A DNA stretch of 63,834 nucleotides from Armatimonadota bacterium (GTDB taxonomy: Bacteria > Armatimonadota > DASRZA01), in NCBI GenBank assembly GCA_035686845.1, contig DASRZA010000447.1, forward strand, positions 1 through 63,834, read 5' to 3'. The position numbers and the translations under genes were made by a program. The notes under the pieces are model-generated. The model saw nothing but the letters and a program-made list of their open reading frames with translations, ran no database searches and had not been told where the DNA came from. Below, in pieces: positions 16,760 to 25,836 of this stretch; position 1 is the first letter of the stretch; each line of letters starts with the position of its first letter.

Positions 16760-17137
16760 TTACCGGGCCCCTCTACGCGTCAGCAGCGCCAGCGTCTCCG
16801 GCTGTTCCGACGCGAACGAGATGAGCGGCTTGCCGTGGGATTGCCTTTTTTTGCTGTTAATCAAGAGCGGATCGGCGTCCAGAAACGCTGCCACCTGATC
16901 GGTTAGACCCAGCACACAGGCGGCGTAGATATCCATCGGAGCGCCCTGGGCGAGGAGGAATTCGATGATATCCTTCCGCTTCATCTGGCAGGCCGCGCCG
17001 AGAGCCGTTTCATTGCCGTTGGCCATGCTGAGCAGCAGCGGCCGGTCGGCCAGCAATTGCCGGACCCGGTCGAGGTCGCCATGAGCCGCCTCGACAAAGG
17101 CCTTCACGTCACTTTTCGTAATCCCGGTTGCACCCAT
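16760..17137 (-). CDS. Ankyrin-repeat protein
   Basis: NGNETALGAACQMKRKDIIEFLLAQGAPMD is a typical ANK repeat pattern. Confidence 0.65.
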   Translation of the reverse strand: MGATGITKSDVKAFVEAAHGDLDRVRQLLADRPLLLSMANGNETALGAACQMKRKDIIEFLLAQGAPMDIYAACVLGLTDQVAAFLDADPLLINSKKRQSHGKPLISFASEQPETLALLTRRGAR

Positions 17138-17558
17138 TTGAATACCTCTTTCGCCAGTGTACCCGGAGCAGACAAGGATGGACGCTGCCGCGCCTTGGTC
17201 CGCGGCTGGAAAGAGATTATATCATGTTCATCCGCAGCCGGGGCGAGGCGGGAAACGGGTTCGTCGCCGGCCGAAGCCACTCGCGCAAGCCGTACGCGGA
17301 GATTATGCCATGATCCCCCCGGGACCTGACGGGGCAACTGTGGTAGAATGTCGGAAGTTACGCCTCGCGCCCGCTTTCCGACAGCCTGCTTTGGCGGGCT
17401 TCGTATGGCTGCAGCATCGGAGTTCAGCCCGATGTGGACAGAGGCAATCGAACGCAGGCGCGGAGGCCTGCGCCACAAGGATCGAGGATGAGGTAAGCGC
17501 ATCGGCGCCTCGCGCCCCGTACCTCGCGCCTGCTTTTGACCGGGAGGAGAATTCGATA

Positions 17559-18074
17559 ATGCATTTACGTACTGGCGCCGGGATGGCGCTGTTGGCGTTG
17601 GTAGTGGGTGGCAGCGCGTTGGCGGCGGCGACGCATAAGCAGTTTGAGGGAGGGGTTACGCTGTACGAGAAAGGCCACGATCAGATGGTCGTCTGCAGCG
17701 TTGACAGCCCCTATCTCTGCAATATGATCCGGTTGTATGGTGGGACGAAGACGGTGCTGGCCGCGAATGGTAAGCCCGCAAAACTGGCGCGGGGAGAGTA
17801 TGTTTCGGTAGATGCTGCGGCTCAGCCGGGCGCCCCGGTTGCACTCACCGTGAGAGTATATCCCGACCGTGCCGTGCGAACGATCAAGGGGTTCAAGCCC
17901 GCGAGCACGCAGCGAGATGAAACGGTCCTGAAGCGGCTGCCGGGAGTGCGAGCCGTTAAGCTCATGCCCGAGCTTGGCGAGGTCTATCTCACGTTCAACA
18001 GCAAGACCTCCGCCGCTGACATTGCGAAGCGGGCGAAGCGCAAGGGAATCCAGCTTGTCCTCCCTGGAGCCTGA
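17559..18074 (+). CDS. Secreted hypothetical protein
   Basis: ATG at 17559, preceded by GGGAGGAG. The signal peptide is MHLRTGAGMALLALVVGGSALAAA. The 134 upstream codons of the ORF-track entry are R/A/P-rich. Confidence 0.6.
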   Translation: MHLRTGAGMALLALVVGGSALAAATHKQFEGGVTLYEKGHDQMVVCSVDSPYLCNMIRLYGGTKTVLAANGKPAKLARGEYVSVDAAAQPGAPVALTVRVYPDRAVRTIKGFKPASTQRDETVLKRLPGVRAVKLMPELGEVYLTFNSKTSAADIAKRAKRKGIQLVLPGA

Positions 18075-18570
18075 CAGCGAGACGGTCGGCGAGGCCGCGA
18101 CCGGCGTAACGCTTGATCACGTGAACATCGTGGTGACCGACATGGCGCGCTCGGTGGCGTTTTATGAGACGTTCCTGGGTCTCCGCAGGGGTTTTGAGGG
18201 GGTTCTGAAGGGCGGGTGGATCGATACGGTGACCGGTCTCGAATCTGTCGAGGCGCGCTGCGTCTTCATGGAAAGCGGCGATCTACCGGTTCGACTGGAG
18301 CTGCTGGAGTACGTGAATCCCGTAGGAGCGCCCATCTCGGAAACCAGAGCGCCACATCTTCCCGGCGTCCGGCACATCGCCTTCCGCGTGGCTGATCTGG
18401 ATGCGTTCTGTGGCCGGCTTCAGCGCGGGGGCATCCGGCTGATTTCCGGTCCTACCCCGGTCCCCTTCCTTCTTCCCGGCGGGATCAGAAAGCGGCTCTG
18501 CTACTTCTACGATCCCGATGGCGTGCTGCTGGAGGCGGCGGAGTACCGGAGGGGGTGTGTGGGAGGGTGA
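17974..18570 (+). CDS. VOC/glyoxalase-family protein; start uncertain
   Basis: LDHVNIVVTDMARSVAFYETFLGL and VRHIAFRVADLDAF...YFYDPDGVLLE. The true start may be a TTG near 18022 or 18055, because the ORF-track start overlaps the previous gene by 101 nt. Confidence 0.7.
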   Translation: MARSISRSTARPPPLTLRSGRSARESSLSSLEPDSETVGEAATGVTLDHVNIVVTDMARSVAFYETFLGLRRGFEGVLKGGWIDTVTGLESVEARCVFMESGDLPVRLELLEYVNPVGAPISETRAPHLPGVRHIAFRVADLDAFCGRLQRGGIRLISGPTPVPFLLPGGIRKRLCYFYDPDGVLLEAAEYRRGCVGG

Positions 18571-18640
18571 GTGTGTGAGTGGGGGAGTGTGTGAGTGTGT
18601 GAGTGGGGGAGAGGGTGGGAAAGTGAGAGGGTGGGACGTG
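18548..18640 (+). repeat. G/GT-rich degenerate tandem repeat tract
   Basis: gagtgtgtgagtggggga occurs at 18569..18586 and 18593..18610, within a tract of many GGG/GGGGG runs. The tract straddles the VOC stop codon. Confidence 0.8.
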
Positions 18641-18727
18641 GCGCCGCACGCCCGCGCCTCGCTCCCAACGCCCAGGACCTATAATTCGGCGCCCAACACC
18701 GAGCACCCAATTCCTAAAACCTAATAC

Positions 18728-19798
18728 CTAAGTCCTATCCCGGTTGAGGGTGCAGATGAGACCGCACTGTTCATGCTCAAACTGGATGGTGGCATGGTCG
18801 ACCTGGTACCGGTTCCAGAGAATTGATTGGATCCGGCTGCGAATTCCCTCGGTCTGGCTGAGGGCCTGGTCGTCGATCACGATATGTCCACTCAGGGCGT
18901 TGCGGCCGGGGCAGAGGCTCCAGACGTGCAGGTGATGCACCCCTTGAACGCCCGGCAGAATGGTTAGAGTTTGCTCGAGCTCGTGAATATCCACGCCCGC
19001 GGGCGCCCCCTCCATGAGCACGTTGGTGGTCTCGACCAGGATTTGCCACGCGCCCCAGACGATGATGAGCGCAATCCCGATGCTGAGGATGGGATCGATG
19101 ATGGTCCATCGCGGCTCAACGGCGATGATGATTCCGCCGACGATGACGCCGGCCGAGGCCGCCGCGTCCCCTAACACGTGGAGCAGGACGCTCCGGACGT
19201 TCAGATTATCGGAGTGACTGTGGCCGAGCATCCGGGCGATGCCAAGATTGACGAGAAGGGCCACCAGCGCAACGCCAAACATGATCGGCGCGTGGATGTG
19301 CCCCACCGGGCGCCGGATCCGGTTGATGGCTTCCCAGCCGATGAATCCGGCGATGGCGATGAGGGTCACCGCGTTGACAAGCGCCGCCATGATGCCGGCC
19401 CGGTGGTAGCCGTAGGTGCGCCGTTCAGTGGGAGGACGGTTGGCCTGAAATTGGGCATACCAAGCGAGCGCGAGGGCCGCAACGTCGGTGACCATGTGGG
19501 CTGCGTCGCTGAGCAGAGCGAGGCTGTGCGCCATAAACCCGCCCACCACCTCCGCTGCCAGAATGATCAGTGTCAGGCCAATGGAAGTGACTAGCTTCTG
19601 GGCGGTATCGGCATGAGCGAAATGCGAATGACCGACCACGGCATCACGATGGTCATAAGTTTGATCAGGACCCTGCCGATCTGATTCGCATTCGCTGCCG
19701 ACATGATCTTCTTGAAAACCAGGGCTCACGATTGGATCATTAGGGGCTCTGGATTCCTCGTCGACCGTGTCCTGACTGATTTCGTTGCGCTCTAACAT
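18728..19798 (-). CDS. Cation diffusion facilitator (CzcD/ZitB-type) metal efflux transporter
   Basis: HSLALLSDAAHMVTD, six predicted TM segments, and a C-terminal cytoplasmic domain reading HHLHVWSL... Confidence 0.85.
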   Translation of the reverse strand: MLERNEISQDTVDEESRAPNDPIVSPGFQEDHVGSECESDRQGPDQTYDHRDAVVGHSHFAHADTAQKLVTSIGLTLIILAAEVVGGFMAHSLALLSDAAHMVTDVAALALAWYAQFQANRPPTERRTYGYHRAGIMAALVNAVTLIAIAGFIGWEAINRIRRPVGHIHAPIMFGVALVALLVNLGIARMLGHSHSDNLNVRSVLLHVLGDAAASAGVIVGGIIIAVEPRWTIIDPILSIGIALIIVWGAWQILVETTNVLMEGAPAGVDIHELEQTLTILPGVQGVHHLHVWSLCPGRNALSGHIVIDDQALSQTEGIRSRIQSILWNRYQVDHATIQFEHEQCGLICTLNRDRT

Positions 19799-19809
19799 GT
19801 CAATGGCTG

Positions 19810-19829
19810 AAAAGACCCCAATTGGGGCG
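19810..19829 (-). terminator. Short hairpin with a U-tract after the 19855 gene
   Basis: The minus strand reads cGCCCCaattGGGGTcTTTT. Confidence 0.3.
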
Positions 19830-19854
19830 AATGCGGTTCCACCTACCTCTATTA

Positions 19855-20628
19855 TTATGGTAGCCGCACCTCCAACTCGACCCGCGTCAGTTGGAGATCG
19901 GCCGAATTGACGTTGGGGTTAGGAAAGAGCACGTTTCCGGTGGGCGTGAGATCGACGACCTTGGATTGATGCAAGTCGAGGAGCGGAAGCGAACCCTGGT
20001 CGAGACTATCGACCGGTTTTGGTGGCGCGTTCGGGTTGTTCTCGATATGATCGGTGGTGATGACGTTCACGACGACGCCTCCGGGAAGCGCGCGCGTGGC
20101 GGTGCTTCCAGTCATACCGTTCAGGCCCAGGTTGGCGAGCGGCACGGCGACCGTGAGCGCATTGCCGGATCCGGAGAGCGACGTGGAGAATGGCGGGCCA
20201 ATGAAGACCCCGCCGGCGGCTACCGCTGCGGGAGTGGTGGCCGGGTTGGAGGTGTCGATGCTATACTCGGAAGCCTGGCCGGCATGGTATTCCACGTAAT
20301 CAGTAATAATGCCGGTGCCCCATCCGTTGCCCCAGCCACTGACGCCGCTGTTGGCTTGCACAATGGCGAAGGGCCCCAGTTCCGGGTGGGCGTCCTGGGC
20401 GTTCGTCGTCGGGCTTGCCTGAAGGGCTACAAAATAATAATACGAGGGGTTAATCTGGCCCTGCACCTGGAGAGTGACAAACAGAAGCGCCTTCGTCCCT
20501 GCTGCAACCGTGGCGGGATAGCGTGCGCAACCGGCGGGTCCGAAGCTGATTGCGGATGCGGCGAGGAATAGCAGAAGACCACGGCGTCTGGGCGCGTGGA
20601 TCGGATGAAGCTTAGTAGGCAAGGGCAT
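19855..20628 (-). CDS. Lipoprotein of unknown function
   Basis: Signal sequence plus lipobox-like ...AISFGPAGC. Confidence 0.6.
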   Translation of the reverse strand: MPLPTKLHPIHAPRRRGLLLFLAASAISFGPAGCARYPATVAAGTKALLFVTLQVQGQINPSYYYFVALQASPTTNAQDAHPELGPFAIVQANSGVSGWGNGWGTGIITDYVEYHAGQASEYSIDTSNPATTPAAVAAGGVFIGPPFSTSLSGSGNALTVAVPLANLGLNGMTGSTATRALPGGVVVNVITTDHIENNPNAPPKPVDSLDQGSLPLLDLHQSKVVDLTPTGNVLFPNPNVNSADLQLTRVELEVRLP

Positions 20629-20664
20629 GGAGAGAGCGTTATCCTCTGAAGCAGGGAGTACGGA

Positions 20665-20892
20665 ATGGCCGAACAGAAACAGAGCGACGCGGAGGGGGAT
20701 CCGGCTCGCGGCGGGGCGGGCTGCGCCATCGCGCTCGGCGGGATAGTGGCGATCATGATACTTGTGGTTGGAGTTCTCCTCGCGTGGCCTTATCTAACCG
20801 GAAAGAGCCGGCGAGCGCACGGCCCCGTGGTGACCCACTCGATGACACCGCTCCTGCCGCCGCCCGAGCACAGCGACCTCGGGCCGAACTAA
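20665..20892 (+). CDS. Small single-pass membrane protein (hypothetical)
   Basis: 75 aa with one TM helix (CAIALGGIVAIMILVVGVLLAW) and GGGAG upstream. Confidence 0.35.
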   Translation: MAEQKQSDAEGDPARGGAGCAIALGGIVAIMILVVGVLLAWPYLTGKSRRAHGPVVTHSMTPLLPPPEHSDLGPN

Positions 20893-20900
20893 CAAACGGG

Positions 20901-22394
20901 CTAAAAGAACTTCTCGATAGTCTGCGCGTAGATGGCCTGGCCGCGGGAATCCGGTTGGTTTACGCCGTTGGCGAGCAGCGCCGTGTAGGGAATACCCTCG
21001 TCGGCCAGGTGTTCCCACTGCCGGGAGACGTCTGCGAGGCCCACATTCTCCGCCCGGGCAACTTCCCGGATCACTTTCACGTCGGGCCGGTTGTCTTTGC
21101 CCCGGAGCGACTTGATGCCCATCATTTTCGGCATAACGAAATTCGGGGTCGTGAGGATCACCTCGCTGCCCGCTTTCTTCATTTGATCGACCGCGGCCGT
21201 ATAATCCTTCTTCAGCTCTTGAGCCGTTAGCCCTGAGTCGTTGACGAATTCCACCACGACGAGATCGGGATGGTGAGAAAGCACGTCTTTATCGAGGGAA
21301 GGCAAACGCTGCTGAATGTTGGCGCCTGCAGCGCCGGCGTTGACGACATTGAGATTCGCGCCTTTGAACTCACCTTCGAGGGCCTTCGCCACAAGGTCGG
21401 GAAATCGCTGTGAAGGATCACTCAGCGCCTGACCCTCGGTGACACTGTCGCCCCAGAAGACAATGGTAACCTTACTGTTGGCCTGCAGCTTGGCGCGAGT
21501 ATGGCTGACCTCAGCGACCATCGCCTTGCGCTCTTGCTCCGTTGGGGCCGGGAGGGGCGATCCCACGGGAAAAATCGAGTCGGCGGTGAGACGATCGGTG
21601 TTGTAGCTCAAATAAACAGTGGCGAGCGCGAGGGTATCTTTGTCCGCCTCGGGGGCTTCGGGAGCTGTGCGCGCCGGAACGCCTTTCTTAAGCTGGAGTG
21701 TCCCGTCAGTCCGAAGCTCGATCGTATCCAACCGCATCTGCCGAACCTTATAATCCACAAAAACCGGCTGTCCCACGGGGATGGCGCCGCCCGGCTTGCG
21801 AGATAGCTCGCCCCAAACGGGATCCAGAAGGTAATCGACGTCCTTCTTGTAGAGATGGCGCGGCGGCGCGGCCGCGCTCCAGACGGCGACCGAAATGGGA
21901 TCAAGCGCGTTGGGCAGCGTGGCGCCGCCGCTAATCAGGGCTTTGAGCGGCACGCCATGGTCTGCGGAGCTGGTCGAGGCGTCGGGCAGCACAATACTCT
22001 CCCCGGTTACCGTGGTTTCGGGCGCCGGGGTCTCATTGAGCACTCCTGGCTGGGTGATTGGGATCTGCTTTCCCGCAATCATCGCGGCGCCCGGGTCTAC
22101 CTTCAGCGTCCACTTTGCGCTGGGCGACACACGGAGGCCCGACTCGACGCCCGGATTGCCGCTCCTCGCCCGCAAACCGGCGAGAGTTGGCCCGGTGGAA
22201 TTAGGGTTTGAGTTGAATCCGCCGCCGGCGCCGCCCTCCGGGAATTGGCCCGTGCCGCTTCCCAGACCAAGCGGCTGGGAGCACCCTCCGGCAAGTAGAG
22301 TGAAACAGGCGGCGACGGTTAGCAAATATGCCGGGCTGATCCGGCCGGTTTCCGTCAAAAGTCTCTTCAGCGATCTGGTTGGCGCCGTGTTCAT
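20901..22394 (-). CDS. Lipoprotein with a C-terminal SGNH/GDSL hydrolase domain
   Basis: Lipobox LLAGGC. The C-terminal blocks IVFWGDSVTEG ... VVVEFVNDSG ... match SGNH blocks I and III. Confidence 0.7.
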   Translation of the reverse strand: MNTAPTRSLKRLLTETGRISPAYLLTVAACFTLLAGGCSQPLGLGSGTGQFPEGGAGGGFNSNPNSTGPTLAGLRARSGNPGVESGLRVSPSAKWTLKVDPGAAMIAGKQIPITQPGVLNETPAPETTVTGESIVLPDASTSSADHGVPLKALISGGATLPNALDPISVAVWSAAAPPRHLYKKDVDYLLDPVWGELSRKPGGAIPVGQPVFVDYKVRQMRLDTIELRTDGTLQLKKGVPARTAPEAPEADKDTLALATVYLSYNTDRLTADSIFPVGSPLPAPTEQERKAMVAEVSHTRAKLQANSKVTIVFWGDSVTEGQALSDPSQRFPDLVAKALEGEFKGANLNVVNAGAAGANIQQRLPSLDKDVLSHHPDLVVVEFVNDSGLTAQELKKDYTAAVDQMKKAGSEVILTTPNFVMPKMMGIKSLRGKDNRPDVKVIREVARAENVGLADVSRQWEHLADEGIPYTALLANGVNQPDSRGQAIYAQTIEKFF

Positions 22395-22729
22395 AAATCA
22401 TTCTCCATCAACGACCCGGCCGGGGCGCCGGCGTCTGCCATTCGTTCAAGAGTCCTGTCGGCAAGACCCACAACAGCCGGGTCGCGTTCCGTTTCCAGTG
22501 CCCGCAGCAAGGTGGCAGGCGCAATTCGCCCTATCCGGAGGAGCTTTTGAGCCGGCGCGTCCGCGGTTATCGGACTCAGTGGCGCGGCGTCACGAACGGC
22601 ATCCAGACATTCCAACACTTTGCGGCGATCCAGCAGGCTCAGGTCATTCTTAGGTTGCCGGAGCCGGGGCTCGCGGCCGGATGGTTTCAACTCATTGGCC
22701 CTCGGTACAGAGCGCCTACGATCCAACAA
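22391..22729 (-). CDS. Hypothetical protein
   Basis: 112-aa ORF with a 4-nt overlap with the downstream SGNH gene. Confidence 0.45.
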   Translation of the reverse strand: MLDRRRSVPRANELKPSGREPRLRQPKNDLSLLDRRKVLECLDAVRDAAPLSPITADAPAQKLLRIGRIAPATLLRALETERDPAVVGLADRTLERMADAGAPAGSLMENDL

Positions 22730-22889
22730 TCCCGTATTCGCAGGCGCCCAGGTGAATTCCTGCGGGCGGAACGAGGACGTACGAAACTAGACCGGCTTAC
22801 CCTGAGACGTCGGACGCCCCGGCGGTCGGCCCCGGCGGAGTGGCCCCACCGGTCCCCGTCTCCCGTCCTTCGTCCTCCGTCCGCGCGGA

Positions 22890-23891
22890 TCAGTAGCCGG
22901 CTTCCTTATCAACAACGTTTCGGAGGGGTTGGCCCTGCAAATAGCGCCGGAGGTTGTCGAGGAAGATGCGGGCCGCCCGGGCGCTATAATTTGCGTGAGA
23001 ACCCGAGTAATGCGGCGTAATCATCACGTTCTCCATTTTCCAGAGCGGATGGCCGGCGGGGAGCGGCTCGGGTGCGGTGACGTCGAGAAGGGCCGCGGCG
23101 GGCCGGCCGCGCTGCAGCGCATCCACCAGCGCAACGGTGTTGATCGTGCCGCCCCGGCCGGTATTGATCAAAACCGCGCCCTCGCGCATCGCCGCAAACT
23201 CACGCCGGTCTATCATATTCCGCGTTTCGCTGGTCAGAGGCAGCGAATTCATCACCACGTCGGATTCGGAGAGGAAGTCAAACAGATTCTCGGGGCCGAA
23301 GACCCGATCAACGTCGGGGTGGGCCGCGGCCGTCCGCCGGAGGCCAATCACGCGCATTCCGAAAGCCCGGCCCACCCGGGCGCTGTGCGTTCCGATGGCG
23401 CCCAGGCCAAGAAGCCCGAGTGTCTTTCCCTCCAGAATCGGAATGTCGCCGCCCAGGCCGGATCCATCCCATCGACCTTCGCGCTGACGATCGCGCGCCG
23501 CGCAGAGCCGGCGGTTATAAGCGAGCAGCATCCCGAACATATGCTCCGTAATAGGCTCGGCGTGGATGCCGCTGGCGTTGGTGAGCATCGCGGTGGACGC
23601 CCGCACTTCCGGGGTGAGGCGCGAATCAACACCGGCCCCCGTAATTTGAACCCAGCGCAGCCGGGAAGCTTGCGGCCACTCCGCAGGTGGCAGCCAGCCA
23701 TACACAACTTCGATCGCTTTGAGAAGCTCCGGTCGCGAGTCCAGATCGGCCCGCGTGTAGATCACGATCCGCTCCGAGATGGCGCGGCATTCTTCGGCGA
23801 GGCCCTCCTCATCCGACGCGAGCAGCAGATTGACCGGCTCGTCGGCTGCGGCCGCCTGATCCGGCATTTGCACTCCGATCGTGGCTGACAA
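22890..23891 (-). CDS. D-isomer-specific 2-hydroxyacid dehydrogenase family protein
   Basis: GKTLGLLGLGAIGTHSAR (NAD fold), NTGRGGTI, and LDVTAPEPLPAGHPLW...TPHYSG. Confidence 0.85.
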   Translation of the reverse strand: MSATIGVQMPDQAAAADEPVNLLLASDEEGLAEECRAISERIVIYTRADLDSRPELLKAIEVVYGWLPPAEWPQASRLRWVQITGAGVDSRLTPEVRASTAMLTNASGIHAEPITEHMFGMLLAYNRRLCAARDRQREGRWDGSGLGGDIPILEGKTLGLLGLGAIGTHSARVGRAFGMRVIGLRRTAAAHPDVDRVFGPENLFDFLSESDVVMNSLPLTSETRNMIDRREFAAMREGAVLINTGRGGTINTVALVDALQRGRPAAALLDVTAPEPLPAGHPLWKMENVMITPHYSGSHANYSARAARIFLDNLRRYLQGQPLRNVVDKEAGY

Positions 23892-23969
23892 CGTTATTCT
23901 CCCCTTTCGTGCGCTGGATTGAGAGCCAACTTGTGGTGTGTCACAACGATGACGTTCTTTCGGATCACG

Positions 23970-25055
23970 TCACGTATTCGCCCGGCTTCGATAGAGCGCC
24001 AATTTGCCGTGGGGTACGACGATGACAGTAGCCCACCGGGGAGGAGTCCGCGCTCGAGTCAATTCCTTGCCATCAAAACAGTAGACGGTGGCATCGTCCT
24101 CGTCCCGGTAATACTCGCCGGTCACGAGCTTGCCGGTTCGGAGACGGGAATAAGCGCGCGTGATCCGCCGGTAGAGGTCCGGGACGTCGTATCCGAGTGG
24201 GTCCTCCCACGCGTAGCTGTCTTCAATCGAGGTTTCCTCCTGAAAGTTGTTCCAATCGGCGATAGTGACGTATTCCGGATTCGTTTTTAACACTTGAAGC
24301 CACATCCGCACGTAAAGCCGGCCGCCTTCCCGCGGCTCCTCGAGCGGATCTTTGCCCTGATGCTCGACATTCTGCGGAAAACGATGGCCCGGCCAGATGC
24401 TCATACACTCTTTCAGCGCCGGCGGCGGATAATAAGAGCCCCATCCCCACGTCTTATTCTTCAGCATCGCCGCATGGTTATCGCCATTATAGACCCAGCG
24501 CACGGTGAATCGGGGATCCACGAAGTCGCTCGGTCCGTAATTTTTATCGGTGTCAATGAGCAGGAGCGGTTTGCCACCCAGATGGAAATAGGACGGGCGC
24601 TGCGCCCAGTGAGTCCAGTAGTAGTCGGCGGCGACCTGCTGCGCGGCGCGTCCACCGGCCCGCATCTCGCCGCCGCCGCCGATGCAGATGGGGATACGTT
24701 TGTCAGCCGGCTGCTTATCCATGAAGTCGAACCACGCCCGGATGTTATCGTTGATCCGGCCGCCGTCGTTTCCCACGCCGTTGGTATCGTCTATGATCAG
24801 AAATTGTATTCCCAGGTCTCGAAACTGCGCGAAGTCTTTAGCGATAATCGCCGGATCACCGGCGGTGTACGGTCCACCAACCGGCAGGATATGGCAGTGA
24901 TCCCAATGATGGAACTGATCGTCCTTCGTCCACCACGCGGTATACCAGAGGCCAATCCGGGGTTGAACCGGGGCGGCCGCGGCCGGCTGGGAGAGCAGGA
25001 CCGCCGCGAGGATAGCGATGGCGGGGGCGCACGTGGCGTACTTGAGAGGGTACAT
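23970..25055 (-). CDS. Secreted protein, possibly glycoside-hydrolase-like
   Basis: The start is set at ATG 25055 (MYPLKYATCAPAIAILAAVLLSQPAAA signal peptide). The W/Y/D-rich body (LWYTAWWTKDD...FLIIDDTNGVGNDG) suggests a TIM-barrel carbohydrate enzyme. The family is not identified. Confidence 0.5.
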   Translation of the reverse strand: MYPLKYATCAPAIAILAAVLLSQPAAAAPVQPRIGLWYTAWWTKDDQFHHWDHCHILPVGGPYTAGDPAIIAKDFAQFRDLGIQFLIIDDTNGVGNDGGRINDNIRAWFDFMDKQPADKRIPICIGGGGEMRAGGRAAQQVAADYYWTHWAQRPSYFHLGGKPLLLIDTDKNYGPSDFVDPRFTVRWVYNGDNHAAMLKNKTWGWGSYYPPPALKECMSIWPGHRFPQNVEHQGKDPLEEPREGGRLYVRMWLQVLKTNPEYVTIADWNNFQEETSIEDSYAWEDPLGYDVPDLYRRITRAYSRLRTGKLVTGEYYRDEDDATVYCFDGKELTRARTPPRWATVIVVPHGKLALYRSRANT

Positions 25056-25398
25056 GTTTTGAAGGATAGCCTCAAACCACCGCAGAACACAATAGCATGA
25101 TATTGGGTCGAATTCGCCCACCCGCCGGGGCCTTCCGGTTATCGACAGATCATCCGAATGAAAGAGTGATGGACGATGCTCGGTCCCCATACCTTCCCAA
25201 TCTCGCTCGCTCGCACCCTCCTAAACCCGAATGTTACCATTGATCCGGAGCGAGCATGGAAAATCAAGCGTTGAGAGGCGCCGCGTTCGCCGCCGCGGTG
25301 GTTAACGCGCAGGCGGTCACATCCGTCGCGCCCCCGACGCGGTACGATGTTATCCCCTTCCCGCGGCAGGTACGATGGCAAACGATGGGATGCAGTGA

Positions 25399-25761
25399 TC
25401 CAGACGTGCAAACCTCACGACGGCTTTTGCCCGGCAAAATGGGATTCGATACGGTTACTGCGCGACAGATGAGAACGTGAAGACCCCGTAATTGGTCATT
25501 GATATGGGGAAGGACGTCACGTCCAACGTGATCCGCGTGCGGGAGAACATCAAACTCGGACAGCGGATAGAGCAATTCGGGCTGGATTCCTGGCAAGATG
25601 GAACGTGGCGGCCGCCGACCGAGCGTGCGAGTGTCGGCGCCTGCCGATGGACGCGGATCAACCACGAGGTGAGCGCCACCAAAGCGCAGCCGCGAATCAT
25701 CCGGCGCCCGGTCTGCCCGGCGCTGTCGGATTTTGGCCATTTTGAAGAACCGAAGGCCTGA
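25399..25761 (+). pseudogene. Relic of a discoidin/F5-8-type-C-like carbohydrate-binding domain
   Basis: One frame reads ...CATDENVKTP*LVIDMGKDVTSNVIRVRENIKLGQRIEQFGLDSWQDGTW..., with an in-frame TAA at 25489. The pattern resembles the C-terminal modules of fucosidase-type glycosidases, but no upstream catalytic domain is present. Confidence 0.35.
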
Positions 25762-25836
25762 ACCGCAGCGATCGTTGGGTAGGAGCACGCCGCGAGCATT
25801 TCGAGAGAGAGAGAACTCATTCTGAAGGAGCTATTA

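Noticed and set aside
17341-17558. Extended -10 element (TGGTAGAAT at 17341..17349) followed by a roughly 210-nt GC-rich leader before the 17559 gene, considered as a riboswitch.
   Set aside because: Only generic stems are visible (for example GTCGGAA/TTCCGAC), and there is no match to any riboswitch core I know. The evidence is insufficient.
18548-18640. Possible CRISPR array.
   Set aside because: The repeat units are 18 bp, degenerate and contiguous without unique spacers, and there are no cas genes in the window.
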